Positions 62,673-64,000 of a stretch of 64,000 nucleotides of DNA are shown piece by piece. The notes beneath the pieces were generated by a model, which did not search any database, was not told where the DNA came from, and saw only the letters and a program-made list of their open reading frames with translations. The translations under genes were made by a program, and so were the position numbers. The first letter of the stretch is position 1, and each line of letters begins with the position of its first letter. The stretch comes from Octopus bimaculoides (lineage: Eukaryota): NCBI RefSeq assembly GCF_001194135.2, contig NC_068989.1, positions 10,248,645 through 10,312,644 of the forward strand, given 5' to 3'.

Positions 62673-62897
62673 TCATCATCGTTTAACATCTGTTTTCCAT
62701 GCTGGCATGGGTTGGACGGTTTGATTTGAGGACTGGCAAGCCAGTAGGCTGCAATCTGATCTGGCAAGGTTTCTACAGCTGGATGCCCTTCCTAAAGTCA
62801 ACCACTTCGAGAGCACTGGCATTGACCACGTTCGGATGGTGCTTTTAATGTGCCATCGGCATGGGGAGCCAGTCAGGTGGTGCTGGCATCGACTACC
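62673..62897 (-). mobile_element. Retroposon family D
   Basis: CATCATCGTTTAACATCTGTTTTCCATGCTGGCATGGG..CAGCTGGATGCCCTTCCTAA. Confidence 0.85.
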
Positions 62898-63049
62898 ATC
62901 AACTTATAACAGTATATAAATACATTGTGTTAGCTTATGTATTTACTGCATGATTTAGTTATTTTAGATGTTCAGTTATTTACTTTTAAGGATATTACCA
63001 AGGCCCTTTGAAATCAAACTAAGGATGTGAGATAAATAGACGACACAAT

Positions 63050-63430
63050 TAGCATGGCTGTGTGGTTAAGAAGCTTGATTTGCAACCATGTGGTTTCAGG
63101 TTCAGTCCCACTGTACAGCACCCGGGACAAGTATCTACTATAACCCCAGGCTGAAAATCCCTTGTGAGGGAATTAGGTAAACAGAAATTATTAGAAAGCC
63201 AATCATATATAAATGTGTGTGTGTTGTGTTTGTCCTCACCACTACTGGACAAGTGAGGCTGGTTTGTTTACATCCCCCATAACTTAACAGTTCAGCAAAA
63301 AAAAAAAACTGACAGAATAAGTACCAGCCTTAAAAAAAATAAATAGTGCTGTTCATTTATTTGACTAAACCTTTGAAGATGGTACCCCAGTGTGGCTGCA
63401 GTCCAATGACTGAAATTAGTAAAAGCTAAA
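63050..63430 (+). mobile_element. SINE family A, degenerate copy
   Basis: GCATGGCTGTGTGGTTAAG..GGTTCAGTCCCAC..TAACAGTTCAGCAAAA..GCAGTCCAATGACTGAAATTAGTAAAAG. Confidence 0.82.
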
Positions 63431-64000
63431 AAAATCCAAAAATTTAAGTTGAAATTAAAAAGCAACCCAAAATATCAATACTAATGCCATTGATAATAGC
63501 ACCATATTTTAGGAGAGGGGCAATTTGGATGGCTATTATAAATAGCACATTGATAATAGCCATCTAAATTTAGGGCTTCTATAGTAACCAACAACAAAGA
63601 AACCATTGTTTTAGGCTGAACTCTCTTTCGAACAGCTAGCTTACAAGTGACTCAGTTCTTTATTCAGTCACGTAAAACCTTAAATATTTTGCAGATATCA
63701 GCTGTGCAAATAAGTCCCCCTTGAAACACATTTCAGACATAGAAAAGCTCCTTGCAGATTTTGCAAGATTAATTATACATAAGCTCACTTGTAAATACAA
63801 GTTAATCTAGAACTTTTCAATTCAAAGAAATTATCATGCAAAACAACAGCTCTTACTTAATGCTAATCTAATCACTTTAGCCCACCACTTGATCTTATTA
63901 GAAAGCAACGGACATTTTATAAGTGATAGCACATCATTTATTCCAGGTTATCAAAAGTTTACAAAACGAAATTTGTTACAAATACATACTATATATATAT

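Overview
Eukaryotic, AT-rich, repeat-dense window with five N-gaps. It is almost certainly coleoid cephalopod (Octopus-like) DNA, judged from the tRNA-derived SINE families as I recall them and from abundant (TA)n/(CA)n/(GA)n/(GAT)n microsatellites. I find no confidently identifiable protein-coding gene, rRNA, true tRNA or CRISPR array. The long ORFs in the track are artefacts of N-gaps or microsatellites. The window is a mosaic of at least five SINE families (my labels A-E), decayed RTE-clade and Tx1/L1-like LINE fragments, hAT, Tc1/mariner and TTAA (piggyBac-like) MITEs with readable TIRs/TSDs, a Helentron-type non-autonomous element and a Penelope-like fragment, with much nesting. By eye the + strand is A-rich, and several minus-strand splice-signal pairs occur. 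This suggests, without proving, that the window lies in large introns of a minus-strand transcript. Most notable observations: a Penelope-type minimal hammerhead ribozyme motif with a variant core (9281-9317); a head-to-tail TTAA-MITE trimer whose 23-bp spacer recurs in an inverted copy 29 kb away; a 267-bp foldback hairpin; modular and dimeric SINE architectures; a candidate recursive splice site; and a speculative two-exon 48-aa secreted micropeptide. All coordinates were counted by hand, and element edges without TSDs are approximate.
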